A DNA stretch of 64,000 nt from Octopus vulgaris (GCA_951406725.2 OX597827.1:61256001-61320000), one strand, 5' to 3'. Shown: positions 13,098 to 27,175, numbered from the stretch's first letter. A program made the numbers and translations. The notes: a model not told the origin generated them from the sequence alone.

Positions 13098-13610
13098 CTA
13101 GCAGTATCGCCCAGCGTTGCTCGGGTTTGTAAGGGAAATAACTATATAAGCATTTTTAGAGAGTTACTTCCCTTATAGATGCCAATTCGGGCTTTCTTAG
13201 CCATTTCTGTTTTGGTGTCTTCAAGCCATGAAGTCGTTGTTCTAAAAGAACGCTGGTCTCCTTGACAACGCTTTACGACGTTGATTTCCTTACACTACCT
13301 TCCCCACAGCTTCACGAGGGAGGGAAGAAGGGGGAGAAGCAAACAGGTGCAGATGTAACCATGGACGCCAACTCCGCCGCCATCGACACACGAAAAATTA
13401 TGCATTAAAATGGAATAAAAAATGATGTTAAATTATTTTTAAAATCGTAGACTCATCGTAGACGCGCGCTAATAGCCAGACGGGCTCGATGTGAATCACG
13501 ACTATAAGATACCCGAATTTGGTTAAACTGCACCGCAAAATGTGGGAGTAGTTAGGAATCTAAATCGAAGGGGACAGACACTCACACAACTACAGTTTTA
13601 TATATATAGA
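13098..13610 (-). mobile_element. Non-autonomous Helitron-like element (relatives at 16824-17217 and about 46650-47012)
   Basis: on -: 5'-TC...hairpin CCCGAGCAACGCTGGG...CTAG-3', inserted between A and T. Confidence 0.75.
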
Positions 13611-13665
13611 TTTTTTAAAGTTCATATGGTATTAACAATTGCTTTTTTGGCTTTTCTTTACCCAG

Positions 13666-13767
13666 GAACCCATCAAACCTTATCGAGCATTAGAGTTTCT
13701 CCAGCTATCAAATGTGAAAATGATACATAGAATTATTACCCATATAATAAATAAGGATGACAAACAT
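13666..13767 (+). CDS. Ferritin-like gene, helix C exon (EPIKPYRALEFLQLSNVKMIHRIITHIINKDDKH)
   Basis: cttttctttacccag| ... |gtaagt; 102 nt, phase 0; ends in KDDKH like ferritin KNDPH, at the conserved phase-0 intron position. Confidence 0.8.
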
Positions 13768-14799
13768 GTAAGTTTCGTTTTTGGATTTGGTTTGCAAGAT
13801 TCTTTATATGAGTTCGTGTGTTGAAGCATATTCTGTTGTGTCTGGGGAGAGTAATTTTCTTTTTTTTTGCCATATAACGTAACACACTCACCAGTAAAAT
13901 TTCCACTTTCTTTTTTTTTAAGAACAGACAAGCACACATATGCAAATATGGACTGACACACATGACCATATAGACACACTCTTTACTCCACACAAGGACA
14001 CATATGGAGACACGGATCTACACATATAGAGATGCACATCCATCCATACATACAAACATGCTACATAGTTGCATAACACACACACACAGACATGCACACA
14101 CAAAGAGACAGAGGTGCTTGCATATACAAACACACGCTCACACACACACACATACATAGAAAATACACAAACACGGACATGCAAACACATGAATATACAG
14201 GAGACATACATACAGATGCACACAAACACATATATACATACATACACATGCATACATACATACACACATACATACGTACATGCATGCATGCATATGCACG
14301 CACACACACACTGACCCACACACATACTCTTTTACTCTTTTACTTGTTTCAGTCATTTGACTGCGGCCATGCTGGAGCACTGCCTTTAGTCGAGCAAATC
14401 GACCCCGGGACTTATTCTTTGTAAGCCCAGTACTTATTCTATCAGTCTCTTTTGCCGAACCGCTAAGTGACGGGGACGTAAACACACCAGCATCGGTTGT
14501 CAAGCAATGCTAGGGGGACAAACACAAACACACACACACATATATATATATATATACATATATACGGCAGGCTTCTTTCAGTTTCCGTCTACCAAATCCA
14601 CTCACAAGGCATTGGTCGGCCCGGGGCTATAGCAGAAGACACTTGCCCAAGATGCCATGCAGTGAGACTGAACCCGGAACCATGTGGTTGGTTAGCAAGC
14701 TACTTACCACACAGCCACTCCTGTGCCTACAAACAAACAAACAAAACAAAAAGGAAGGCAAAGTCAACTAACCCTGTGTATGCGTGCTGGAGGTTTCCA

Positions 14800-15174
14800 C
14801 GATGGCTTCACTACACATGTATACAGACAGCAATTCTACATAGCAGTGAAATGTGGGCACTGAATAGAGAGGACATGTGAAGGTTAGAAAGGAATGAGAT
14901 TAGTATGCTCTGCTGGATGTGTAATGTAAGTGTACATGTTTGACAGAGTGCTAGTGTTTTGAGAGAGAAATTAGGCATTAGAGGAATTAGTCTCTGTGTG
15001 CAAGAGAGAAGACTGTGCTGGTTTGGTCATGTGATGCAGACGGATACCGACAGCTCCGTAAAGAAGTGCCGATCTCTCAAAGTAGCTGAAAGTGGGAGAC
15101 CCAGGAAGACATGGAATGAAGTACTAAAGAACAACCTCAGGATCCTGAACCTGTATGAAACTCTCGGACCTTGA
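14800..15174 (+). mobile_element. RTE LINE C-terminal fragment
   Basis: AILHSSEMW...RRLCWFGHV...GRPRKTW; same family as the 6386 copy. Confidence 0.8.
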
Positions 15175-15217
15175 ATCACTCTGTTTCTTCTGCTAAATAT
15201 TAATATATATATATATA

Positions 15218-15248
<31 letters not shown>

Positions 15249-15450
15249 GAGTATAAGTAATACTAAGTAATTAAGGGTTTAGCAACGATTTGCCTCACCA
15301 CACACCGAATTTAGAAATAGCAGTCAAAGAGTTATAGCTATTCTTTCTACTAAAAGGGAGATCTCAGTAAAACCACAGCACTTGAAAGGCAAACACAGAC
15401 AGGCAAGAGAGAAAGAAATGACGGCAATCTATCATACAATTTTTAAGTCA

Positions 15451-15541
15451 CCTACGGACGTACGTTTCGAAATTAAGTTTTAGGAAAGCATAAGAATTAG
15501 ATAATTATGTCTTACCCAACTTCTTTTCTCATCAGCGTAGG
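15451..15541 (-). ncRNA. Type I hammerhead ribozyme, apparently intact
   Basis: on -: stem I CCTACG/CGTAGG; CTGATGA; stem II GAAA.../...TTTC; GAAA; palindromic stem III ACGTACGT; GUC triplet; within a (TA)n-flanked repeat. Confidence 0.85.
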
Positions 15542-15542
15542 A

Positions 15543-15585
<43 letters not shown>

Positions 15586-15892
15586 CGAGGAAAAATTATA
15601 AAAAGGCAGAATGCTAAATTGAAGGTAAATTTTAATAAAAATGGGTGTATAGAAAATTTTTTAAATAATAAAAAAATATTTAATAAAAAAATATTTAAAA
15701 AATGTTTTTTTAATTTTCCATACACCCATTTTTATTAAAATTTATCTTCAATTTAGCATTCTGCCTTTTTATAATTTTTCCTCCTATCATTTCTCCATGT
15801 GCAGTCAACACAACCCCACCATTTATTGATTTATATGTATATATATATTTATGGGATGACCCAATATATATATATTTAAAACTTTGGAGTTT

Positions 15893-15974
<82 letters not shown>

Positions 15975-16243
15975 ATTGACAACCAGTGTTAGTTCATTTA
16001 TGTCCCTGTAACTTGGTAGTTCGGTAAAGGAAAGTGATATAATTAAATGCCAAACTTGAAAATTAGTTCTGGGATCTGTTCAACTAAAACCCTTCAAGAC
16101 AGTACTCCAGTGTGGCCACACCTCAATGGCTGAAACAAGTAAAAGAAGTTAAAATTGCTTTATCATTAATGAATATATTAATTAATCATCTTCCATCTCT
16201 CTTCAGTTTTGAAATCACTTCTATTTAATTTTAATTTTTGCAG

Positions 16244-16411
16244 ATAACCTACATAATGAAGAAAGTCTTTTTAAACCATCTTCACCATCAAGTTAAAGAA
16301 TTAACAGATATGACGACGAGGCTGGCTTCAAACGATCCTTTCATAGAGTTTTTGATGGACAAATCATTGAGATGCTCCCAGCCAAAATATCAAGAATTTT
16401 ATACAGTTTGA
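16244..16411 (+). CDS. Ferritin-like gene, last coding exon, helices D-E (ITYIMKKVFLNHLHHQVKELTDMTTRLASNDPFIEFLMDKSLRCSQPKYQEFYTV*)
   Basis: ttaatttttgcag acceptor; helix D aligns ungapped to ferritin LCDFxExxFLxEQVxxIKELGDxxTNL, followed by EFLMDK matching EYLFDK; TGA at 16409-16411. Confidence 0.82.
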   Translation: MTYIMKKVFLNHLHHQVKELTDMTTRLASNDPFIEFLMDKSLRCSQPKYQEFYTV

Positions 16412-18265
16412 GAAAGCTCCAAATACATACAACATTAGTTTTATTTTTTGTTATTTGTTCATCTCTCAACTAAGAAAGTAGTTAAGTCACATACAAACTT
16501 TTATTGGTACAACATTGATTTTCAGGAACTTTTGATTTCATAGCATTTCCATATTACAAGTGTAGTCACATTGGCCAACATATTCTAAACTAAACAAATA
16601 TTAAAGTGAATTAAATAACTAAAGGAAATACATGTACTTGTACATTAGTATAAATCAGGGGTCCTCAAGCATTTTTTATCTATGGACCCCTTTGATTACT
16701 TTTTTATTCCAGTGGACCCCCATAGTCATTTGATGTTTAAAAACTGGTTTTATGGAAACTTCTTTCAAAATTCCTATTTTGCTTTTCATACATTAACTTG
16801 TGTAGGTTGAACTATATAAAATACTAGCAGTATCGCCCAGCGTTGCTCGGGTTTGTTTCGACCCTTTAGAATTGGATTTTTTGAAAAGTAAAAATTACAC
16901 ATTCACTCGCTGTGTTATTCTCTTTAAGTGAACATTTTTCTGGTTGAAATACACTGAAAAATGGTGACACAGCAGTCAAAAAATCGTAAAAAGTAGGGAT
17001 TTTCATAGAAAAAAAGCACCTTTTTGATGTAAATAATTTTTGGTCTTAACATGGTCCGATTTGAATTTTTTCTTCTATGGAAGGAAGAACAAGCCTTCTT
17101 ATATCATACTTTCAATTTTGGTCAACTTGCTCCGCAGGGTCTCAGAGTAGATAAGTGCTAGTTGAAGGCTACCAAACCTGCCATACACAGACAACTTCAG
17201 CATTATATATAGAGAGATTAGAGAAAAAAACCTAGCTGTTTCTTGCTATACATACCAATACATACATCTAAAGCAAAATTGTTCGAGGGGTCCTTAAAAT
17301 ACTATTGTGGAGCTCCAGTTTACTACTTTGTTGCATAGACCCCCAAAAATCTTACATAGACCCTCATGGGTCATAAGGTCCCCAGTGGAGAACCACCAAT
17401 GTAAATGATACATGTTTACTGTGCAAGATTCCAATAAATTAATCTGGTGATTGTGGAAGTGTGAAGTTCCTGCAGTGTGGATGTTCCAAGCCACCAGTGT
17501 CCAGAAAGCCAGTGTTGTAACAGTATTTTGAAAAGACAAGGAAATTCGTCCATTAAAGAATACAGCAAGTTTTCAGTAATAAAAAATAAAGTACTGTACT
17601 TGGGAAGAAAATGGTATTAAATTTTTATTATAGTATAAGGCATTATTTCTAGACATGGCTATGGTTATGAAGTTAAAATTATCATAAAATTATCATAAAA
17701 TTATCAACCATCGTACAAACAATAACTCTGAGCACCTTTTCAAATTCCACCCATCTAACACCCGTGGACATATTTACAAAGTCAGAAAACAGCACAGCTC
17801 CCATGACTTCGGGAAACATTTTTTCACGCTTAGAGTTGCTGAAGCATGGAACAAACTGCCGGCAACAGTTGTTAGTTGTCAGAGCACTGCATCCTTCAAA
17901 ACTTCCATGCTTTCTGAGATTCGCCAACACTACACCTGATTTTCTCCCCTCCATACACTCACAAGCATGTATCTGACTCATGCACTGTTCGCTTTCCAGA
18001 CAGTTGTACATTACTGCATATACTCTGACAAGTTGTGGTGCACCTGAGCACTGTATACAATAATTTCATTATTATTATTTTTTTTTAAGAAGTTTGCTTT
18101 GCAACTAAGTGGGTTTCACATTCAGTCCTATAGCATGGTATTTGACCAATGCGTTGTGAGTGAATTTGGTGATCAGAGTCTTAACGTATCTTGTTGCATG
18201 TGTCTATGCACGTATATACATGTGTGTGTGTGTGTGGTGTGTGTGTGTGTGTGTGTGTGCATGTG

Positions 18266-18299
<34 letters not shown>

Positions 18300-19680
18300 G
18301 TTTATATCCAGGCATCTGATGTGGCTTTTTAAACCAGACAATATTTTGAAAAGACACCCACATAGATTGCATATCTGATTTGGACCGCCATGACCTGCAG
18401 TTAAATTCTGATCTTTGTAGATCATAAAATGTCTTTTGAGGCCTCCATTAGATTTGCAGACCCTATGGCATACACGGCATTGAAAGGTGTGCACAGATAT
18501 ATAAGCAGAATAGTTGGTGGAGGCTCATTTTTTATGGGTTTACAAATGAGATTGGAGCCCAGCAAAAGAAAGGCATGGTCTGTCACAGACTGTGCACACA
18601 AAAAGGTCACTGAGATTCACCTTCTAGTAGATCACAACATTCTTCTTTAAATCTCTCTTGAGTCTTGCCTATGTCATCCTAACCTCCATAAAAGCTTTCG
18701 CTCCATTCCACACTTTTGTTTGCCATCCAGCTCCATCTGAAGCAAGGGTTTCTATGGCCTTTGAGTCTATTCCAAGTGACTTCATGGTAGTCCTTATGCT
18801 GTCCTTAAACCTCTTTTTAGGTTTACACCAATTGCATTTTCCCCTCTGCAAGCTCGCCATAAAACAACTGTTTGGGTGCATGTTCATCTGCTATTTGAAC
18901 TATCTGGCTGGACCATTGCATTTGATTTTTCAGAATCATTGATTTAATTGAAGTGATGCAGACACAAAAACATCTGTGTCTAGAGTAAAAAAAACCAAAA
19001 CAAACCAATTAATGTTTAAAATGCCATGAAGGCATTTTTGGTGGAATTGCTCTAACAATTTGAAATGTCTTTTATAACACTTCCACATTTCAGAGGAATA
19101 TAGCAGGGATGGTAAGACAAACGATTTGTAAAGAGCCAATTTTTGTGTTGTTATTTATATGATGTTCATTACCGCGTCGCCTTACTAGCACTTGTGCTGG
19201 TAGCATGTGAAACATTCGAGCGAGGTCGTCGCCAGTGCTGCTGGACTGGCTTCTGTGCAGATGGCACACAAAAAGCACCATTTGGGTGTGGCCATTGCCA
19301 GTACCACCAAACTGGGCCCCGTGCTGGTGGCACGTAAAAGCACCCACTACACTCTCAGAGTGGTTGGCATTAGGAAGGGCATCCATCTGTAGAAATTCTG
19401 CCAGATCAGATTGGAGTCTGGTTCGCCAGACCTCAGTCAAATCGTCCAACCCATGCTAGCATGGAAAGCAGACGTTAAATGATGATGATGATGATGTTGC
19501 CACCAAATGTGTGACTCCAAACCACAAAATGCTTGTGCTGTTTGTTGAATTCACAGATGCATTTCTGCGTCCAGATTTCCATAATTTTGTACAGAGCTTC
19601 TGTGGTAGATGAAAGAGTCAACAACCTCAAGTAACTTACCCTTAATGAAAATTTTAGGGAGGGTTGCAAACAGCACCACT
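18300..19680 (-). mobile_element. Degenerate RTE/BovB-like LINE fragment with C-terminal C2H2 fingers, interrupted by an RTE tail
   Basis: [50 protein letters not shown]. Confidence 0.75.
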
Positions 19681-19949
19681 TGCGGGTTGATACATTACAA
19701 CTTCTTGAGCCAATAGGTATGGGTAGTGCAGTGCAGGCTACACATACACATGCACACACATACACACATATATATGAATATGTATATCTATATATATATA
19801 TATATAATTAATAATTTAGGGTATCTAAGAGATACCACCACGCTGGAAATAGCTGCCAAATCTTGGCTCTAAAACCACATTAAATGTTCATACAGCACCA
19901 GGAGAGAAGACAAAGAGACAAAATAAACTAGCAAAAAAATTACTGGATA

Positions 19950-20008
19950 ATTCTAGATCCCGGATTTCTGGCTCTGTATAAGAAATGCTCTGCCTTCATC
20001 AGTGGAAT
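19950..20008 (-). ncRNA. Type I hammerhead-like motif (partial second copy near 20308-20356)
   Basis: on -: ATTCCA-CTGATGA-A-GGC...GCC-A-GAAA-TCCGGGA-TC-TAGAAT. Confidence 0.6.
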
Positions 20009-20027
20009 ATACTTAGATAGCACATAA

Positions 20028-20092
<65 letters not shown>

Positions 20093-20699
20093 ACATACGA
20101 ATACTTACATATGCAAATGTATACACACATATATATGCAAGTATGCACATGACCAGTTTAAATTGCCTGCCTAAAGCTCCTTGTGTGATATGGTCAAAAT
20201 ACCACCGCAGTGAATATAATGACGAAATAAATATATAAATTTATATAAATAAGGATAAGATCGTTATTTAAATACCAAACTTATCAGGTGGCCAGCATGA
20301 TAAGTGGCCGGATTTCTGGCTCTGCATAAGAAATACTCTGCCTTCATCAGTGGAATATACTCAGATAGCACATAAATACAGATATATATATATATACAAC
20401 ATATGAATACTTACATATATAAATGTATACATACATAAATATGCACGTATGCACATGACCAGTTTAAATTGCCCACCTAAAACTCCTCATGCAATATTGT
20501 CAAAATACCACTGCAGTGGGTGGTATCTCTTAAATAACCTAAATGATAATTTCAATAATAATTATTACCTTTGAATGTTTTTATTCGCATGCTGGCCACT
20601 TGATAAGTTTGGTATTTAAATAATGATCTTATCCTTGTTTATATAAATTTATATTCCTCAGGACTTGGCAATGGGTAAATAACTCATTATTTTTCCTTT

Positions 20700-23100
20700 T
20701 TACATAGACCATAGGTGCTGTCCAATCTGAGTGGTCTGTCTTCTTGATTATTCTTGTTCTAGCACTGTGAATGGTACGTTACATTTTAGCCTAAATACAG
20801 GTGTGGCACTTGGTTTTACTACAATTTTTGTCTTTGTTTTCATGCAATAGTCCAGTTCATCCGAGAAAACATTTATTTTTTGTTTCATTCCCTCAGTCAC
20901 ATTTAAACCTTTGACTGAACTGACTATATTCCTGCACAAAACACTTATGGACATATTCTACTATTTGAACAGTTCCATCCACTCCATGCCAAGCAAATTT
21001 ACTGAATTTTTTAACACATATACTTTTCTCATTTTTATTTGGTCACAAAATGTCACATTATACACAAATTCACCTACAAAATACTATCTTTTACCTGTAA
21101 CATCTACTTTTGTAGATTTACTTAATTTTGGCTCACCAATATACTTCCAAGTTTCTTTATTCACAATGGTAATATCACTTCCAGTATCTAACTGCTTTTT
21201 CTATATCTATAAAATAGTCCTTGGATGAAAATTGTCTGCACATTTTGCTTTGACGGTTAATGGCAGCCAAACCGAGGCTAGAATCAAGCTGAAAATTGGC
21301 AGGGATACTAGATGCATGGTGAGGATGAGACCCGCGATGGTTAAAATTTGCAAGCTATAAAGATGTAGTTGCCATAGCAAAAAGAGTGATTGTTTAAAAA
21401 ATATTTCAGCATTCAGAAAGAGATACGTTGTAAGGGGAACAACTCAGTAGTTTCAATGATTACATTTACAAGTAACGACTGTACATAAATATCAAGTTTA
21501 CTTATCTGTTGCGAAATAATATGTGTGTGTGCATGCATGAGTGTGTGCATGTGCATGTGTGTGTGTGCCTATGAGCGCGTAAGTTGGCTGTTAATTCAAT
21601 CGAACATAAAGAAATAAAAAAAGTAGTAAAAAAAGCAATTAATAATTTTTAAATTATAAAAGGTAGCAAAGCATGATAAAAGATAATAAGAGTAGAAATT
21701 AATATTATTTTTAGCATATAAGGGATCCACTGAGTGGTCTCTCCTCTTGTTATTCTTATATTTTCAATTTTCACATTTACGATCTCCTCTTTGTCACATT
21801 ACCACTTTCTTTCAAAAACGATTTTGTTTATTCTTTTTTCTTTGTTCCACTGTTTTGTCATCTTGGTTTTACAGTTCACTTTTATGTGTCTAATTTTTCC
21901 ACAACAGAAACATTCCACTTTCTTAACCCTTTTGTTACAGTATTTATTTTGAGATGCTTTGTGTTTCTTTCAATTACTTTAAATGGGCATGGCTGTGTGG
22001 TTAGGGAGCTTGCTTCCTAGCTACATGGTTTCGGGTTCAGTCCCACTGCGTGGCACTTTGGGTAGGTGTCTTCCACTATAGCCCCGAGCCGACCGGAGCT
22101 TTGTGATTGAATTCGGTAGGTGGATGTTACTGCCGTGTGTGTATGCGTGCGTATAGCTGCTCAGTGCCTCTCCGAAAGAGAGAGAGGGATAACTCAGAAT
22201 TTAGTAAAATAACTTAGTTATCATTAAGCTAGTGTTAGGAACATAAACTGTGACTAAGGTTTGGTGGAAGATTTTAATTCAAAACTTATGAAAACAAGAC
22301 ATTTGTACTCAGAGCCGGTTTCACCCGGGTTGGTAACAAAAGGGTTAAATGGGCAGTTTTTTTTCAGGTGTAGACTCCCACATGCAAAACATGCATTTGT
22401 TTCCTGACTTTTGTCCTGTTTGTACTGTATTTTAGTACACACTTGATTTCTATTCTGCCTGTTTTGCACTTGTTGCACTTGGGAGCAATCTTTATGTTCA
22501 ATTTTCTCTGTGTCATGTCTTGACCCTTTAGCATTTAAACCGGCCATATCCGGCCAAAAGTATTCTGCCTGTTTTATGTTCAAAATGGCCAGATCTGGTC
22601 TCTCACACCAACCCTACAATATCGTTTTAAAAATTAACAGCTACCTCATCAAAATCTCAAAGCTACAAGATAATGCCTGATTAGTTCAAGGCAATGTGGA
22701 TGAAAAAGGATTAATTTTGGCAGAATAATGCGAACAGTAAAGGCAGTTGGCGTTAGGAAGGGCATCCAGCCGTAGAAATATTGCCAGATCAGACTGGGCT
22801 TGGTGCAGCCTTCTGGCTTCCCAGACCCCAGTTGAACCGTCCAACCCATGCTACCATGGAAAGCGGACGCTAAACGAAGATGATGATGATGAAGTAAAGG
22901 GTTAAATTTACTATTCTTTCAAACTCTTCTGACACTTGTTGTTAAGTTAAAGCTTGGTTTTGTTCCACTTTAGTGAGAATTCTGGTTCTTACTTCTGCAT
23001 CTGTTTTCGCAGTTAAACCCTGAGTAAATTTCAGGCACTTGAACATGTTTGGTGTTAACTCATCCAGTTTGAACTTTTCACATTCTCTGTTAACTCTACC
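20700..23100 (-). mobile_element. Scattered Gypsy gag-protease remnants interrupted by MITEs and SINEs
   Basis: zinc knuckle CFACGSLHLKKNC near 22350-22390; protease LDTGSDITIV near 21160-21190; TPVFRLKCNVPF linker. Confidence 0.7.
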
Positions 23101-23316
23101 AGCATATACTCGCTCTTGTTACTTGTTTCAGTCATTTGACTGAGTGGCCATGCTGGAGCACTGCCTTTACAGTCAAGCAAATCGACCCCAGAGCTTATTC
23201 TTTGTAAGCCTAGTACTTATTCTATCAGTCTCTTTTGCCGAACTGCTAAGTTACAGGGACGTAAATACACCAACATCGGTTGTCAAGCGATGCTGAGGAG
23301 ACAAACAGACACACAA

Positions 23317-23393
<77 letters not shown>

Positions 23394-24279
23394 CACATAC
23401 ACATACACACGTATATATACATATATGACGGGCTTCTTTCAGTTTCCATCTACCGAATCCACTCACAAGTTTTTGGTCAGCTCGAGGCTATAGTAGAAGA
23501 CACTTCCCCAAGGTGCCACACAGTGGGAACTGAACCCAGGACCATGTGGTTGGTAAGCAAGCTACTTACCACATCCTGCAACTGCCATCACCAAAGAAAA
23601 CATTGATCATGTTCACCACATGGTGATGGATGCCAGGTGATTGACTAAAATATCAAGAAAGCTAATGCTATTAGTACATCCCATGAGAAAAGTGAGAATA
23701 TTGTGCTCAGTGAACTTTGCATGACAAAGGTTTCTTCTCAGTGAGTGCCACGCCTTCTGAAACCTGGTCAAAAGTGCACCAAGTTGATCAGATTATGAAA
23801 AACTCAAAACAAAAATCACTTTAAAATATCTTTCAATAGTGTATGCTGAAACTTTTGTTTTTTATTCCACTTGTAAAATAGGGGTGCATCATATGTGAGA
23901 ATGCATCTTAGTGGCAAATGTAGTATGTTGGTTTGATGATAATAAATTGAACCAAATTCGATAACTGGCACCCATGCAAGTGGAGCGCTAGCAGCTCCAT
24001 ACGAGAGGGATCACTGCCAGAGCAGCTGTCTGGCTTCCGTGCCAGTTGCAAGTAAAAAGCACACCATTTGGGCATGATCATTACCAGCGTCGCCTTACTG
24101 GCAAAAACAAAGATGATGATAATTGCGATGACAATGATAGTGATAATGATGGTGATGATGGGAATAATAGTGATAATGACAATGATGATGATGGTAATGA
24201 TAACAGTAGGGACAATAATGAGGATGTTGATAGTGATAATGATGCTAAAATGAAAAGGAGGAGAAAAAGAAAAAAAGGT

Positions 24280-24435
24280 AGAGTGGCTGTGTGTTAAGTA
24301 GCTTGCTTACCAACCACATGGTTCCGAGTTCAGTCCCACTGTGTGGCACCTTGGGCAAGTGTCTTCTACTATAGCCTCGGGCTGACCAAGGCCTTGTGAG
24401 TGTATTTGGTAGACGGAAACTGAAAGAAGCCCGTC

Positions 24436-24495
<60 letters not shown>

Positions 24496-24735
24496 ATTTA
24501 TGTATGTGTGTATATATATTTGTGTGTCTGTGTTTGTCCTCCCAACATCACTTGACAACCGATGCTGTTGTGTTTATGTCCCTGTAACTTAGCGGTCCGG
24601 CAAAAGAGACCGATAAAATAAGTACTAGGCTTACAAAGAATAAGTCCCGGGGTCGATTTGCTCAACTAAAAGCGGTGCTCCAGCATGGCCACAGTCACAT
24701 GACTAAAACAAGTAAAAGAGTAAACGAGTAAAAGA
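24280..24735 (+). mobile_element. Most abundant tRNA-derived SINE with internal (TA)/(TG) tract and (AAAGAGT)n tail; copies near 14325, 23110, 30057, 30808, 31770, 34685, 41575, 45235, 49695
   Basis: head GTGGCTGTGTG...GAGTTCAGTCCC; many highly similar copies on both strands. Confidence 0.85.
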
Positions 24736-24789
24736 GGCTTTAGCTGGTGGTATGAAGACTAGATTAAAATGCCAAGCTCTGTCTGCTGT

Positions 24790-25430
24790 CGGTTGAGCAG
24801 CACTGTTCGCTGGCAGTCGTAGGATCTGTTCACCAATGGTTGTGGAGATCTGTGTGCTGACTGTTGTGCAGTGTTGTTTGCTGACGGTCAAAGGATCTGT
24901 TTACCAATAGTTGTGGAGATGTGTCTGCTGACAGTTGTGCAGCACTGTTCACTGATGGTCATAAGATCTGTTCACTGACAGTTGTGCAGTGCTGTTCACT
25001 GACGGTCATAAGATCTGTTTGCTGACAGTTGTGCAGCACTGTTCACTGACGGTCATAGGATCTGTTCGCTGACAGTTGTGCAGTGCTGTTCACTGACGGT
25101 CATAAGATCTGTTCGCTGACAGTTGTGCAGCACAGCACTGTTCACTGGTGGTCATAAGGTCTGTTCACTGACAGTTGTGCAGTGCTGTTCACTGACGGTC
25201 ATAAGATCTGTTCACTGACAGTTGTGCAGCACTGTTCACTGACAGTCATAAGATCTGTTCGCTGACAGTTGTGCAGTGCTTTTTGCTGATGGTTGAAGAA
25301 TCTGTTCACCAGTGCTCGTGGAGATCTGTTCACTGACAGTTGTGCAGTGCTGTTCACTGATTGTCACAGGATCTATTCACTGATGGTCGTAGAGATCTGT
25401 TTACTGACGGTCATGGCACTGAGGTCTCCT
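24790..25430. repeat. 47-bp minisatellite (GATCTGTTCACTGACAGTTGTGCAGTGCTGTTCACTGACGGTCATAA) built from two related subunits
   Basis: GATCTG recurs at 24965, 25012 and 25059. Confidence 0.9.
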
Positions 25431-25577
25431 GCTGACTGACTGTAAAAAGGTGTGCTCTTACTAGGCTGATGACTGCTGCTTTTATAGGTACACAACCAGC
25501 TCTGATTAGCTTACAGTTGCCAGTGCGTAACTGTAGCCAAATAGGGCTTCCTTGACTCCCTACAAAGGCATGTTGAA

Positions 25578-26102
25578 GATGGTGACAATGACTGCAACAG
25601 CAATGACAATGGTAATGATGATGATGATGATGAGGAAGAGGAGGAGAATGATGATGGTGATGACAATGAGGATGATGATGAGGATGATGATGATGATGAC
25701 AAGGGTAGTGATGATGATGATGACAATGACAACAGGTGTGATGACAATAATGATGATGACGATGACAAAGATAACATTAATGGCAATGATGACAATGATG
25801 ATGATGATGATGATGACGACGACGACGACGATGATGATGATGACAATGACGATGATGATGAGGATGATGATGATGATGATGATGACAATGACAACAGGCG
25901 TGATGACAATAATGATGATGATGATGATGATGACGACAACGATGATGATGATGATGATGATGATAATGACAATGACGATGATCATGAGGATGATGATGAT
26001 GACAAAGATAACAGTAATGGCAATGATGACGATGATGATGATGACACGAACTTCAACAGCAACAATAACAACCCTGATACTGATCACTACCATGACGATG
26101 AT
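25578..26102 (+). repeat. (GAT/GAC)n degenerate microsatellite
   Basis: direct inspection. Confidence 0.95.
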
Positions 26103-26338
26103 AATTCATTTACGCTTGGCTTGACAGTTTCCAGATGTCAACAACAACAACAACAACCACAACAACCACAACAATACCATGGTTGCTAAACGTTTCCTCC
26201 CCTGTTCATGCCATGGGTCAACAAGCATTGATAATGTTTCTCTTGAAATGACGCAAAGGACACAATACTTAACATTTAAACTGCCTGCAACATTGGATAG
26301 AGAGATATAAAAGAAAAACAAACAAGAAAAAAAACTAA

Positions 26339-26342
<4 letters not shown>

Positions 26343-26411
<69 letters not shown>

Positions 26412-26640
26412 GCGTGTGAATGTGATTGAGTGTGAATGTGAGTGTGTGCGTGCGCGTATGCAAATGTCTGTCTCTGTGTGTGTCTGCCTTTGTGTATGAA
26501 CGTGTGTGTGCATGTACGCGTGTGTGTGTTTGCGCGCATGTGTGTGTGTGTGTGTGTGTGCGTGTGTATGTGTGTGTGCACACACGTATGCAAATGTCTG
26601 TCTCTGTGTGGCTGTCTTTGTGTATGAACGTGTGTATGTG

Positions 26641-26683
<43 letters not shown>

Positions 26684-26954
26684 AAATCTCTATCCCTGTG
26701 TGTGTCTGTCTTTGTGTATGAGAATGTGTGCATGTGTGTGTGCGTGAGCATGTGCGCAAATGTCTGTCTGTGTGTGTGTCTACCTTTGTGCATGAACATG
26801 TGTATGTGTGTGTGTGTGTGTGTGTGCAAATGTCTGTGTGTGTGTACAAATGTTTGTCTCTGTGTGTGTGTCCATCTTTGTGTATAAGCACGTGTGTGTG
26901 CGCGCGTGTGGGTGTGTACATATGTCATCTTTGTGTATGATCATGTGTGTGAGC

Positions 26955-27004
<50 letters not shown>

Positions 27005-27010
27005 GTGTAC
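26343..27010 (+). repeat. (GT)n-based compound microsatellite with recurring CAAATGTCTG subunits
   Basis: direct inspection. Confidence 0.95.
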
Positions 27011-27136
27011 ATGTGTTTTGTTTGTGAAGCACTAAATGAAGGGCTTTGTAAAACAAAGGAAAAATTATTTCAAACCAAGGAGACAATAGCAATGTATTTA
27101 TAATTTAATCAGAGAAGAGAGAAACAAAGAGAGAAG

Positions 27137-27175
<39 letters not shown>

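Noticed and set aside
24790-25430. CRISPR-like periodicity
   Set aside because: No unique spacers, no cas genes, eukaryotic context; it is a minisatellite
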